DNA of 64,000 nucleotides from Balanoglossus misakiensis (Eukaryota > Animalia > Hemichordata), in the NCBI GenBank assembly GCA_040954595.2, contig CM082586.2:7037337-7101336 (forward strand), in the 5' to 3' direction. Shown in pieces: positions 37,655 through 51,032 of the stretch. Position numbers and translations under genes: made by a program. The notes under the pieces are model-generated. The model did not search any database. It saw only the letters and a list, made by a program, of their open reading frames with translations, and was not told the DNA's origin. Position 1 is the first letter of the stretch. Each line of letters begins with the position of its first letter.

Positions 37655-38768
37655 TGTATCAAAACTTGATAGGGGTCGTTGAGGTTTGGGATTCACGGGT
37701 CTGCCATGTTTGTACTCCACAGCATATACTTCTGACGGCTACACACTAAGTGGTGACGTCAGTCATTTCTGCTTTCATCACAACAGCAGACGTTTCCAGC
37801 TTTTTCAAATTTCACCAGCTCTCCAATGGGGGGGGGGGGCAAACTCATGAATAATTGCGTGTACAATCAAGTCTTTTGTGTTGTTATAATACATTTTAAA
37901 GCAATAAACGACATGTGATGTGAATTACTATCGTTTCTGAGAACGCCTTTATTCTTATATTTTGTCAATTGCCATGAGGTCATTCTGACTGACCTCCCGG
38001 CTCCATACAATTGTGCAACAAAGCGTTTACAGTGCAGTTTCTCAATGTGATATATATACAGATTATCACAGCCATTCTGCGAACAAACACATGATACACC
38101 ACGGTCCAGAGGCTGACGAATAAATTGTTGATATTTAAAAACAGACACAATACATACATAGTGGATTGTTCAACAAATACCCTGATCAAATGACTGACAT
38201 TCGATCTGATAAACTGAATGCACAACCCCCATTTCAGTGAAGGGTGTGGATAAGGAAATATGACAGGTTTTGATTGATACAGAAAATAAAACTGTGAAAT
38301 CATCTAAAAAATACAAGTACTTCCAACAACCTCGTGTAAATGACATAAATATTTCTCAAAGAAATAAAATGCTAATTTTTGGGAATAAAATAACAAATAC
38401 AAAATAAAATCTATGTTATGGATATTTTTTACATACATCTCAGTGAACATATTTACAGTTGTTTATACAGGTTTCTCTCAAATATATACATGTAACAAGC
38501 TATAGCCTATATTTGGCCATTTTCTGGTGGCACATTCCTATTCTTAAATTCTTTTGTCGTTCTGGACAAAATATAAAATTATTCAAATATTTTAACTTTC
38601 CATCACACCCAGTAAGTAGAAAGTATAAATGTGTCATGTTGTGAAAGAAAATAAAGCTTCCACTGTGTATGGCTAGGTTTAGATAACTAGGGTAGGTCCA
38701 GTTATAACACCAAACTCTTGAAAATGACACAAATATGAATCTTGAATGTGTATTTTGTTGTCGTTTGA

Positions 38769-41700
38769 TTATACAACGTGAGAAGAACCCTGAGTGTTGT
38801 AGGTTATAACGTGACGGTGAAGTTTATTGGTCTCAAAGTAAACCTGGTGATCCCAACTGCTGCCTGGCTTTAACTGCTGTGTTACCTTTGCCTGGATCTC
38901 AGCTGATTCATCTTTACTGCAGTTACGGTACCAGACTCTTACATCAAGTGTGATCGATTCTAATGTACTCTGTTGTGTTTCTATTGCCCTGCTAACAGGT
39001 ACCGATACTGTATCTATCAGAGAAGATACAAGAGAGGAGTTGAGCACTTTTATCTTCAAATGTTTGAGAATCCGGTTTTCTTTCAGCGCTGCCACAATGC
39101 GTTGCCCTGTCTCATCTCTTTCTATCGTTTTATAATACAGTGTCAGTGACCGCGCGTGCTTGTTTCTCTTTATGAAACGACACACGATTTCGATATCTTT
39201 GTCTTCTAAGTTTCCAATGCCTACATCGCTCAAGATCATGTTTGTTGATAGTGTATCACATATTTCGGAGTAGAATGCACCTTCCCTACACGCAAAATTG
39301 AGATGTAGGGATTTCAAGCATGGACTCACATTCAACAGAGCTGTATTTAGTTTTGGTATCGAATTTTCCGAGGGGTACGAATTGATTAAATACAGCTTTA
39401 CTGACTCCGCTTTTTCACATTTTCGTATAAAGTAGCACACGTGTTCCATTGATGATTCACTGATTTCCCCCCTCGAGGTATGAACCCACCTGACTTCAAG
39501 GGGACTATTTTGAGTCAGTGTGGCAATATGTTCAAATGAGTCTACAACTGTGAAAAAGGTAACACATTGCAGTGATTTGTTTTCTGAAATTCCTTCAAAG
39601 AGACGTTTTACCTCTGCGGTAAAACTGCTATTGCTTTCATCAGTGGATAGATATAAACACAGTTTTTCTCCTCTGAAGTTTGTAACAACGTCTAATAGAT
39701 TCGTAATTTCTTCCGGTGTCCACTTCCCGAATTTGTATAAAGTAAGATTTTTTATATTAATTGTATATTCTTTCAGTATTTTTACGATGCTTTTCATTTC
39801 TTTAGATTTTAGCCATAACAACCTTAGAGTGACCCTTGCTTTTCCAACAATTTTCAGCATTTGCATGAAATAATGAACGCCGAGACTTTCCTTTAAGTTT
39901 ACTATCACACTGTATAAATCTTCAAACGTGTTCGAATAAAGTCTAAATTCATCACCAATATTGTTGAACAATATACACTCTTTTCTTAATTCATCCAAGC
40001 AATTAATGAGCTCTTCAGCATGCTTTGATTCACACAAACACTTTATACAGTAGCCCCAGACATTTGACAGCTTTTGTATCTTTACACAATCTGATGATGA
40101 CAGTATCTCGTTGTGTATACCTTGTATTTTGTTGTTGAATTTCCCAAAAAACAATTCACCTTCCTTTTTGCTTACTATACCAGAAAGAAACTTCAAAACT
40201 GGAAAGAATTTTCGAGGCGACTTTAGGAAATTATCAAGAATTTTGGTTTCGTTTGAAATCTTCAACTGTATCTGAATATATAATGCTGTGAAATATTCAA
40301 GCCACGTCTTGTGATAGAAGAAATACATTTGTTTAGATTTTCTGATTGCGTGCCCAAGGTCTTTAACTAGTAATCCAAGGTCTAGAGATCGTTCAGAGGA
40401 AATATCCGATTGCTCGAAATTCATTTTGTTTTCTTTATATGCTTTGTAAGCATCGTAAGCCAGGGCATCCCTGTCATGTATGACGTCATCGGGTATCTCA
40501 TCGTTGTGAAGATCAATGTTATTTTTGATGCAATATCTTTTCAAAATACATTGAAGAATATCAGAATACAATTCAGCGAGCGTCTCAGGGAAATATTCGC
40601 CTTCTAACCTGTGGTATTCCCACAAAATGCAGAGAAATGAAACGTGTAAGGGGTTTTTCAGAAGGTCTTTAATAAAATCTTTACTGTCTTTTTGCCGTTT
40701 TAATTCATTAATCAATGATTCTCCTTTTTCACTGTCACTTCCGAAATATTTGCCAATGTATTCGTTTGTACGCTTTTTAGTAAACCCTTCCACTTTTAGA
40801 TACAAATCACATGTGTTCAAATACTTGTCACATAGATGTGGTCTCGTTGTTGCAAGAGCAGTACACCAAGAATATAATTCCTCGGAAATGAGTTTTGGAA
40901 TCTCAGAACTCTTCAACTTATCGTCGTTAATTTCGTCAAGCCCATCGCATAGAATTAACACGGACTTTTCATTTTGTTCAATCAGCTGTTCAAGCTCTTG
41001 CTTTGAAATACGAAATTTATCTGGTAAGAGCTGACTAAATATTTCATCAATCACTTTATCTTCTGTGACGTGTCTCATTTCCAGGAAGAATAGTAGTGTG
41101 AACTGCTCTAACTCACCACAAGACCAATCATAAGCTAGCTTTCTACAAAGTGTAGACTTGCCCATAGCTGGTGCGCCCTCTATCCTTATACGCCTAACAC
41201 CAGATGATTTAAACATATCATGGAGGTTTTTTAGAGTTGTACCAGCTTTCACTGTTCCTCTCTTCACTTCTTGTACCTTCAGTGTTGTGTATACTTCTTC
41301 TAAATTGAGCCGAATTTCTTCATTCCACGGTATCGGTAAGAGTTTAGAGTAATGTCGTTTGTACTTGTCTTTTAGGTATGTGCTCAACCGAGTCATTAGG
41401 CCTACATCTGGCGAGGGGCCAACTACAGGAGGAGAGAAACACGAAACATTTCCTGTTGATATAGTTTTTTCATAAGTACATTACACAATCTTGGGAGTAC
41501 CTGATAATTTTCGAATGCGAGTAAGTATAGGAAGGTGTAGTCTAATCACAACAATTCAATAAGCGTATTCCAGTAAGACGTAAAACGTAAATAATCCACC
41601 AAAAGACATTATTAACAACTTCAAAATGTCAAAGGTGGGCAACTTTATGACTAAAATATTCTTACAAGTACCAATTTAAGTATAGTTTTAAATTCTTAAT

Positions 41701-42688
41701 CCAATGTACCCATATTTTCTAAATCCATATTGTTACAATACCAAATTGTCATACATGTATCTGGATTTATGACTGCAACTGGTTGATGAAACAATACAAC
41801 TCTTGCATTGTATGCCGGTAAAGTATGTGGTTGGAGCCACATTGTCTCGATTTGAACACGACTTGCCCCCAAACAGTGCCTTTAAATTGTTAATACTTAC
41901 CTTGATGGACAGGACCATTCTTGAGAAATGTATTTGAGAGTAAGACCTGACCACTAATAATTAGCATATCTTCCAGATATTCTGTATTAGACTCGCTAAT
42001 TAGTTTCTTGTCAAGCAGTGCATCGAAGAAATCCATGGGTTCTTTAAGTTCACTCAAAGTTTTTGCAGGAATTTGGCCCCAACATAGCTTCTTTAAGTCA
42101 TGTAAGTTTTCTACGGAACAACAGAAAAAACAAAACATTAATAATTCTTTTATATTAGCCTGAACATTTCTAAACGCGTAGACGAGAAAAAGCTTCCCAA
42201 AGCCTAACTTCGAAACATTTGTGTCATATCCAAAATGGCCTCCAGATATAGTCAAAATACTATCACTTCCTCAAACTTTAGACGGTGAACCCGTACATTT
42301 CAAAGTCGGCTTGATATATTGCATGATTCAACTCATATACAGTTTCAGCTATGAATATTAATGAAAACAAGTGTTTGACGATGAAATCAAATTTTCAAGC
42401 CTTTAAAACTGTATGCTGTTCTTGATTTCGAACATTTTAACTGGCATACCGCATTTCAATTTACACCTGTGCTTTCAGACGGAACTGCACAAAACAGACG
42501 AACTGCCCGATGTACATCGACAGGGCGCAGCAGCTAGCAACCAAGGTTGAATAGCTCATGATCCACGTACCATTTGTAATCTCCTTTGACAACAAAAACA
42601 GATTTTTTCTAAACGGGTTGACTCTTGGTCTCTTGCATTCAGGTTCTCCCGAGGTCGTCGGTTCTGCATAGCCCTGTCCGGACGCCAT
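38769..42688 (-). CDS. NLR-A: DED-NACHT-LRR-like receptor; exons 42688-42571, 42110-41901, 41422-38769
   Basis: Exons 1-2 (118+210 nt, phase 1) encode a death-effector-like domain (PFRKNLFLLSKEIT..LKKLC..IP..P.DFF.AL..LIS.SNTEYLEDML). Exon 3 has Walker A GAPAMGKST, Walker B LILCDGLDE, NPL, winged-helix FYHKTWLEYFTALY, and degenerate RI-like LRRs (L.ENRILKHLKI). Confidence 0.88.
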
Positions 42689-43725
42689 GATCGTTTTCTG
42701 CCACAAGCAGCAGCTTCGTCCAATTGAGTTGTGCAATGTTTGCCTTACCGCACTCCCTGAGTGTGTTGTTGGGCAATAAAGTTATTTATGATACACATCC
42801 TGGTTAATCATTACACTGATTTTAATGTGAAACTCAACAAACTCCAATGCAGAATCTGAAGTAGTGCGATAACTCATATTTTGTTGTTTGTTGGCTCGAA
42901 GAAGACAAGTTTCTTCCCTGGATTTTGTTGGGGAACTCACAAGACATGAAAAACGCCCTTGATGTAAATTAATAAGAGCCTAAATCTGAGGATAACTGCA
43001 TGAAATACCAAAGTTGAATCTGACAAAAAAAACACTTGACACAGTTCCGGAGCCTAACGCACTAGCCATCAGCGCAACACACCCTAGAGCCAGGTGTGTT
43101 ATCAGAGGTCACTTTGTAACCTCACCTTACAAAGGTTTAAGTACACATTAATTAAAATAAACAGTGGCGCATACAATTACATTTATTTACCCATATATAT
43201 CACCATGTGTTGACGACAAATTTATTGTACAATATTATGTGATTTTTGCAAATATTTAAATTTTAGGCAAGGAATGGTTGGACAGACACCCACTCACTCA
43301 CAAAGTTTTCATATAAAATCAGTGCTCTTTATTTAAAAAAAGAGAATTCTCCATATATTTGGGTAATTTATGAAACAGTTCTGGTATTGAAAACCCCCAG
43401 AATCAAGAATACATCCATCTATTATTACCTTCAGCAAATATTTTCATTTCAATTGTACCAAGATCTATACCTAAAACACTAAGGATACCAATGAAATAGT
43501 ATTTCAACAGACCCACCCTAACTTTGCTCGCTTATTTCATAAAAGAAACATAGAGTACAACAATAATGCAGTGACAGTAATTATTACAGCGGTACTAAAC
43601 TAGTGAGAGTTTGCGACACTTCGAAATGCTCCAAGGGAAAAACATGCAAGTCTGACTGTGAGGGCAGTGTTCATACAAATATCGAAGGTCATGCAGGAAC
43701 CTCTTCTTTTTTGTGTGTGGATAAT

Positions 43726-44159
43726 TCAACCACCTGAACGCCCTCGTCGACGGGAGTTTGTACTTCAAGCACTTCATGCGCTGGCTACACCTCTTCCCAC
43801 TGGACCAGATCTTTCTCATCGACGCCGAAGTCATCAAAAAGCACCCGTCCCGAGAGCTGCAGCGACTGGAAAATTTCCTGGGCATCGCGCCTTTCTTCGA
43901 GGACACCCGTTTTGTTTTCGACGAACAACACGGCAAGTACTGCCTGAGTTTTCCGCAGAATTTGTGCGTGAAAAGTAAAAGCAAACAAAAGGCCAAAGGG
44001 AAGACGTCGAGCAAGGAACAGGAGAAAGCCTTGAACTTGGAGAAAGAAGTGCCCGAAAAACTGAAAGCGCAACTTTACGATTATTTCGAACCGTACGACC
44101 AGATGTTGGCAGAAAAATTCAATCAAAGTTTATCTTGGCGGCAAAGCAAGGGATTATAG
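43726..44159 (+). pseudogene. 5'-truncated duplicate of HS3ST-like 3 (C-terminal about 140 codons)
   Basis: Near-identical to 37218-37654. It begins abruptly mid-gene at TCAACCACCTG and continues into a duplicate of the 3' flank. Confidence 0.9.
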
Positions 44160-45175
44160 TGTATCAAAACTTGATAGGGGTCGTAGAGGTTTGGGATTCA
44201 CGGTTCTGCCATGTTTGTACTCCACAGCATATACTTCTGACGGCTACACAATAAGTGGTGACGTCAGTCATTTCTGCTTTCATCACAACAGCAGACGTTT
44301 CCAGCTTTTTCAAATTTCACCAGCTCTCCAATGGGGGGGGGGCATACTCATAAATAATTGCGTGTACAATCAAGTCTTTTCTGTTGTAATAATACATTTT
44401 AAAAGCAATAAACGACATGTGATGTGAATTGCCATCGTTCCTGAGAGCGCCTTTATTCTTATATTTTGTCAATTGCCATGAGGTCATTCTGACTGACCTC
44501 CCGGCTCCACACAATTGTGCAACAATGCGTTTACAGTGCAGTAATTCTCAATGTGATAGATTTACAGATTATCACAGCCATTGTTCGAACAAACACATGA
44601 TACACCACGGTCCAGAGGCTGACGAATAAATTGTTGATATTTAAAAACAGACACAATACATACATAGTGGATTGTTCAACAAATACCCTGATCAAATGAC
44701 TGACATTCGATCTGATAAACTGAATGCACAACCCCCATTTCAGTGAAGGGTGTGGATAAGGAAGTATGACAAGTTTTGATTGATACAGAAAATAAATCTG
44801 AAATTATCTAAAAAATACATGTACTTCCAACAAACTCGTGTAAATGACATAAATATTTCTCAAAGAAATAAAATGCTAATTTGTGGGAATAAAATAACTA
44901 ATACAAAATAAAATCTATGTTATGTATATTTCTTACATACATCTCAGTGAACATATTTACAGTTGTTTAAAAAGGTATCTCGAAAATATATACATGTAAC
45001 AAGCTATAGCCTATATTTCGCCATTTTCTGGTGGCACCTTCCTATTCTTAAATTATTTTGTCGTTCTGGACAAAATGTAAAATTATTCAATTTCAACTGT
45101 TTCCATCACACACAGTAAGTAGAAGGTATAAATGTGTCATGTTGTGAAAGAAAATAAAGCTCCCACTGAATATGG

Positions 45176-48100
45176 CTAGGTTTTGATACCTAGGGCAGGT
45201 CCAGTTATAACACCAAACCTTTGCAAATGACACAAATATGAATCTGTAATGTGTATTTTGTTGTCTTTTGACCACACAACGCGAGAAGAACCCTGACTGT
45301 TGTAGGTTATAACGTGACGGTGATAAGAACCGATCTCAAAGTAAACCTGGTGATTCCAACTGCTGTCTGGCCATGACTGCTGTGTTACCTTTGCCTGGAT
45401 ATCAGCTGATTCATCCTTACTGCATTGGCAGGCTCTTACATCAAGTGTGATTGATTCTAATGTACTCTGTTGTGTTTCTATTGCCCTGCTAACAGGGACC
45501 GATACTCTGTCTATCAGAAAAGATACATGAGATATGTTGAGCACTTTTATCTCCAAATGTTTGAGAATCCGGTTTTCTTTCAGCGCTGCCACAATGCGTT
45601 GCCCTGTCTCATCTGTTTTCATCGTTACATAACACAGTGTCAGTGACCGCGCGTGCTCGTTTTGCTTTATGAAACGACACACGATTTCGATATCTTTGTC
45701 TTGGAAGTTTCCAATGCCTACATCACTCAAGGTCATGTTTGTTGACAGTGTATCATATATTTCGGAGTGGAATACAACTTCCCGACACGCAAAATTAAGG
45801 TGTAGGGATTTCAAGGATTGACTCACATTCAACAGAGCTGTATTTAGTTTTGGTATCGAATTTTCCGTGGGGTACGAATGGATTAAATACAGCTTTACTG
45901 ACTCCGCTTTTTCACATTTTCGTATAAAGTAGCACACGTGTTCCATTGATGATTCACTGATTTTCCCCCACAAGGTATTAACCCACCTGATTTCAAGGGG
46001 ACTATTTTGAGTCAGTGAGGTAAAATGTTTAAATGAGTCTACATTTGTTATGCAGTTAACATATTGCAGTGATTTGTTTTCTGAAATTCCTTCAAAGAGA
46101 CGTTTTAGCTCTGCGGTATAACTGCTATTGCTTTTATCAGTGGGTATATATAAAAACAGTCTTTCTCCTCTAAAGCTTGTAACAAGATCTACCAGATCTG
46201 TAATTTCTTCCAGCTTCCACTTCCCGAATTTGTAAAAATTAAGATTTTTTATATTAATTGTATATTCTTTCAGTAATTTTACGATGCTTTTCATTTCCTT
46301 GGATAACAGCCACAGCTCTCTCAGAATAATCCCTGCTGTTTCAACAATTTTTAGCATTTGCATGAAATAATGAACCCCGATATTAGTTAAGTTTGCTAGT
46401 ATACAACTATATGAGTTTTCAAATATGTTCAAATACGTTACTTCATCAAGAAGAAAATCATCACGACCGGGGTTGAATAATATACATTCTTTTCTCAATT
46501 CATCCAAGCAATTAATGAACTCTTCGGCATGCTTTGATTCACACAAACACTTTATACAGCAGCCCCAGACATTTGACAGAGACTTTGACAGCTTTTGTAT
46601 CTTTACACAATCTGATGATGACAGTATCTCGTTGTGTATACCTTGTATTTTCTTGTTGAATTTCCCAAATAACAATTCACCTTCCTTCTTGGTTACTATA
46701 CCAGAAAGAAACTTCAAAACTGGAAAGAATTTTAGAGGCGACTTTAGGAAATTATCAAGAATTTTGGTATCGTTTGAAATCTTCAACTGTATCTGAATAT
46801 ATAATGCTGTGAAATATTCAAGCCACGTCTTGTGATAGAAAAAATACATTTGTTTAGATTTTCTGATTGCGTGCCCAATGTCTTTAACTAGTAATCCAAG
46901 GTCTAGAGATCTTTCAGAGGAAATATCCGATTGCTCGAAATTCATTTTGTTTTCTTTATATGCTTTGTAAGCATCGTAAGCCAGGGCATCCCTGTCCCGT
47001 ATGACGTCATCGGGTATCTCATCGTTGTGAAGATCAATGTTATTTTTGATGCAATATCTTTTCAAAATACATTGAAGAATATCAGAATACAATTCAGTGA
47101 GCGTCCCAGGGAAATATTCGCCTTCTAACCTGTGGTATTCCCACAAAATGCAGAGAAATGAAACGTGTAAGGCGCTTTTCAGAAGGTCTTTAATAAAACC
47201 CTTACTGTCTTTCTGCCTTTTTAATTCCTTAATCAACGATTCTCCCCTTTCACTGTCACTACTGAAATATTTGCCAATGTATTCGTTTGTACGTTCTGCA
47301 GTAAACCCTTCCACTTTTAGATACAAATCACATGTGTTCAAATACTTGTCACGTAGATGTGGTCTCGTAGTTGAAAGAGCAGTACACCAAGAATATAATT
47401 TCTCGGAAATGAGTTTTGGAATCTCAGAACTCTTCAATTTATCGTCGTTAATTTCGTCTAGTCCATCGCATAGAATTAACACGGAATTTTCATTTTGTTT
47501 AATCAAACGTTCAAGCTCTTGCTTTGAAATACCAAAGTTATCCGGTAAGAGCTGATTAAATATTTCATCAATCACTTTATCTTCTGTGACGTGTCTCATT
47601 TCCAGTAAGAATAGTAGTGTGAACTGCTCTAACTCACCACAAGACCAATCGTGGGCTAGCTTTCTACAAAGTGTAGACTTGCCCATAGCTGGTGCGCCCT
47701 CTATCCTTATACGTCTAACATCAGATGATTTAAACATATCATGGAGGTTTTTTAGAGTTGTACCAGCTTTCACTGTTCCTCTCTTCACTTCTTTTACCGT
47801 CAGCGTTGTGTATACTTCTTCTAAATTGAGCCGAATTTCTTCATTCCACGCTATCGGTAAGAGTTTAGAGTAATGTCGTCTGTACTCGTCTTTTAGGAAT
47901 TTGCTCAACCGAGTCATTACATCTGGCGAGGGGTCAACTAGAGGGAAAAAACACGAACGATTCTCAGTCGATTTTGTTTTGTGCTATAAATGCATAAAAG
48001 TGTAATCCCGGGGAGTACCCAACTATTTACATGTGAGGGTAAGTATAGGAAGGCGGACCATTCAAAAGCAAAGTTAACATACGTTGCACATTTGTTTTAC

Positions 48101-49459
48101 TTTGCATTCATTCATACATTAATAAAAAAGACGAGGTCTTTTTTATTAATTCTTACCTTGATGAACAGGACCATTTTTGAGAAATCTTTCCGAAAGTGTG
48201 ACCAGACCAACACAAAGTAGCATCTGTTCTAAGAACTTTGTATCAGACTGGTTAATGAGATTCTGATCAATCAGTGCATAGAATAAATCCAGGGGTCCTT
48301 TCAGGCCACACGCCTTATTTGCAGGAATTTTGCCCCTGCATAAATCCTTTAAGCGGTGAAAGTTTTCTGATGAACAACAGAAAAAGCCGATTATTAGTAT
48401 GACCATAAAATCAACATACAGTGTAATGATAATGTTGGTATGTCTGTCTCGTTAATTTATGTATTATTCATGCCTTGGACTTGAAGAACTTGCTACAACG
48501 ACGCGGCGATGAAACACGATTTCAGCCACAGTCGTTTTGGAGTTGGGTCGTATATACACGGCGATCGTAAATACACGGCGATCCTGTACTAGGCGATCGC
48601 CGTGTATATACGACCCAACTACCAAGCGACTGTGATTTCAGCAATAAACTTTAATTCTATCGAATCCCACACAACAGTCAAAATTGATATTTAGCGTGGC
48701 ATGTGCATTTTGCATACGGGCGCTTTGGAAGCAAAGCGGACAACGCTAGATAGACCTAAGTGCAATTCAAACACGAATACTGTAGGCCAACAATTCAACA
48801 TAACCACAGAACAGGGAGTGCTGTGGGGTCAAAGTCAACTTCTTTATTGCATGTTCATTTGAAGGCTACTTATGGCAAAACTTCCCGTTCAGGTTCGTAA
48901 ACGTCGAGGGTTGTGATGCCCTGTTCTGCACTCATCGCCAGAATTTCAAAATAAATTTTATGAAACACGTACGCGTCCTGGTTAATCATTAAATCGATTT
49001 GTTAAACTCGCCGAAATTTCAATGGAGAATTTCAAAAATCGTCCGCCTAAACGACACGATAAATCTCGGTTTAAGCACTGGTCCAGTTATTTTCTTCCAT
49101 GTATTACAGTTTGTAAAGCCTGAACAAGCGAACAAATTCAAAAGTGTACACCAGAAAAAAAACTTCCCATATCTTCAAAATCTCTGTCTCTTTAGTACCA
49201 TTATCCTTGAACCAAAATGGCACCCAGTGAAAAAAAACACTTCAACATACTGTAGACGGCGAACCGTCATATATGAAATTGAAAACAAGAATTTTGGCGA
49301 TGAAACCAATTTCAAGCCTTTTAAAATCGTGATCCACGTACCATCTGTAATCTCCTCCGACAGCAAAAACAGATTTCTGTAAAAAGGGTCGACACTTCGT
49401 CTCTTGCATTCAGGTTCTTCTGAGGTCGTCGGTTCTGCATAGCCCTGTCTGGACGCCAT
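45176..49459 (-). CDS. NLR-B: DED-NACHT-LRR-like receptor; exons 49459-49342, 48366-48157, 47937-45176
   Basis: Same exon sizes and phases as NLR-A, intact ORF, identical Walker A/B. The C-terminus is extended by loss of the stop codon. Confidence 0.88.
48527..48634. mobile_element. 108-bp palindromic MITE with 8-bp TSD in NLR-B intron 1
   Basis: ATTTCAGC|CACAGTCG..AGTTGGGTCGTATATACACGGCGATCG...CGATCGCCGTGTATATACGACCCAACT..CGACTGTG|ATTTCAGC. Confidence 0.85.
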
Positions 49460-49945
49460 GATCGTTTATGGTAAACACCCTGGTTAATCATTAAATTGGT
49501 TTTAATGTGAAACTCTGCAAATTCCAATGAAGTATCTCAAGTAGTGCGAGAACAAGTTTTATTAATTGCAGCTTGGTGGCTCGGAGAAGAAAAGTTTCAT
49601 TCCCTGAATTTTGTTGGGGAAGGCACAAAACAGGATAAACGTCATTGATATAAATAATCAGCATGAAATACCAAAGTCGAAATTTGATTAAAAACAAACA
49701 CATGAAAATATTCCTGAGGGTAACGAACTATCGTAGCAACATAGACTAAATTCAGATGTGTTATCATGGGTGCCTATGTAACCTCTCCTGGTGAAGGTTA
49801 AAGTTCTTTTAAACAAACAATGACGCATACAATTACACTTATTTACTCATGACATCACCACCTGTTGCTGTCATTCATCAAAATAATTTTTATATTCACT
49901 ATACAATTTATAAAATTTATTGTACAATATTATGTAATTTTTGCA

Positions 49946-50850
49946 CCGGACGCCATGATCGTTTTCTGTCACAAGCAGCAGCTTCGTCCAATTGAGTTGT
50001 GTAATGTTTGCCTTACCGCACTCCCTGAGTGTGTTGTTGGGTAATAAAGTTATTTATGATACATATCCTGGTTAATCATTAAACTGATTTTAATGTCAGT
50101 GAAACTCAACAAATTCCAATGCAGAATCTGAAGTAGTGCGATAACTCTTATTTTGTTGTTTGTTGGCTCGAAGAAGGCAAGTTTCTTCCCTGGATTTTGT
50201 TGGGGAACTCACAAGACATGAAAAACGCCCTTGATGTAAATTAATAACAGCCAAAATCTGAGGATAACTGCATGAAATACCAAAGTTGAATCTGACAAAA
50301 AAAAAACTTGACACAGTTCCGGAGCCTAACGCACTAGCCATCAGCGCAACACACCCTAGAGCCAGGTGTGTTATCAGAGGTCACTTTGTAACCTCACCTT
50401 ACAAAGGTTTAAGTACACATTAAAATAAACAATGACGCATACAATTACATTTATTTACCCATATATATCACCAACTGTTGACGACAAATTTATTGTACCT
50501 TGCAAATATTTAAATTTCAGGCAAGGAATGGTTGGACAGACACCCACTCACTCACAAAGTTTTCATATAAAATCTGTGCTCTTTATTTAAAAAAACGAAT
50601 TCTCCCCATATTTGGGTAATTTATGAAACAGTTCTGGTATTGAAAACCCCCAGAATCAAGAATACATCCATCTATTATTACCTTAAGCAAATATTTTCAT
50701 TTCAATTGTACAAAGATCTATACCTAAAACACTAAGGATACCAAAGAAATAGTATTTTAACAGACCCACCCCGGCTAACTTTGCTCGCTTCTGTTATGAA
50801 CAATTCACACACATGAAGTACAATAATTATGCAGTGACAGTAATTATTAA
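49946..50850 (-). repeat. Duplicate of the NLR-A start codon, 5' UTR and upstream region (42678-43590), stacked upstream of NLR-B
   Basis: Near-identical sequence starting CCGGACGCCATGATCGTTTTCTG. Only the first few codons of exon 1 are retained. Confidence 0.9.
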
Positions 50851-50852
50851 AA

Positions 50853-51032
50853 CAGAATTTGTGCGTGAAAAGTAAAAGCAAACCAAAGGTCAAAGGGGAC
50901 ACGTCGAGCAAGGAACAGGAGAAAGCCTTGAACTTGGAGAAAGAAGTGCCCGAACAACTGAAAGCACAACTTTACTATTATTTCGAACCGTACGACCAGA
51001 TGTTGGCAGAAAAATTCAATCAAAGTTTATCG
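50853..51032 (+). pseudogene. Second, shorter fragment of HS3ST-like 3
   Basis: QNLCVKSKSK..EKALNLEKEVPEQLKAQLY.YFEPYDQMLAEKFNQSLS, followed by the same 3' flank. Confidence 0.88.

Noticed and set aside
42928-42940. GGGGAACTCAC as an NF-kB site upstream of the NLRs
   Set aside because: It is an imperfect match to GGGRNNYYCC and could equally be a minus-strand GTGAGT splice donor of a UTR exon.
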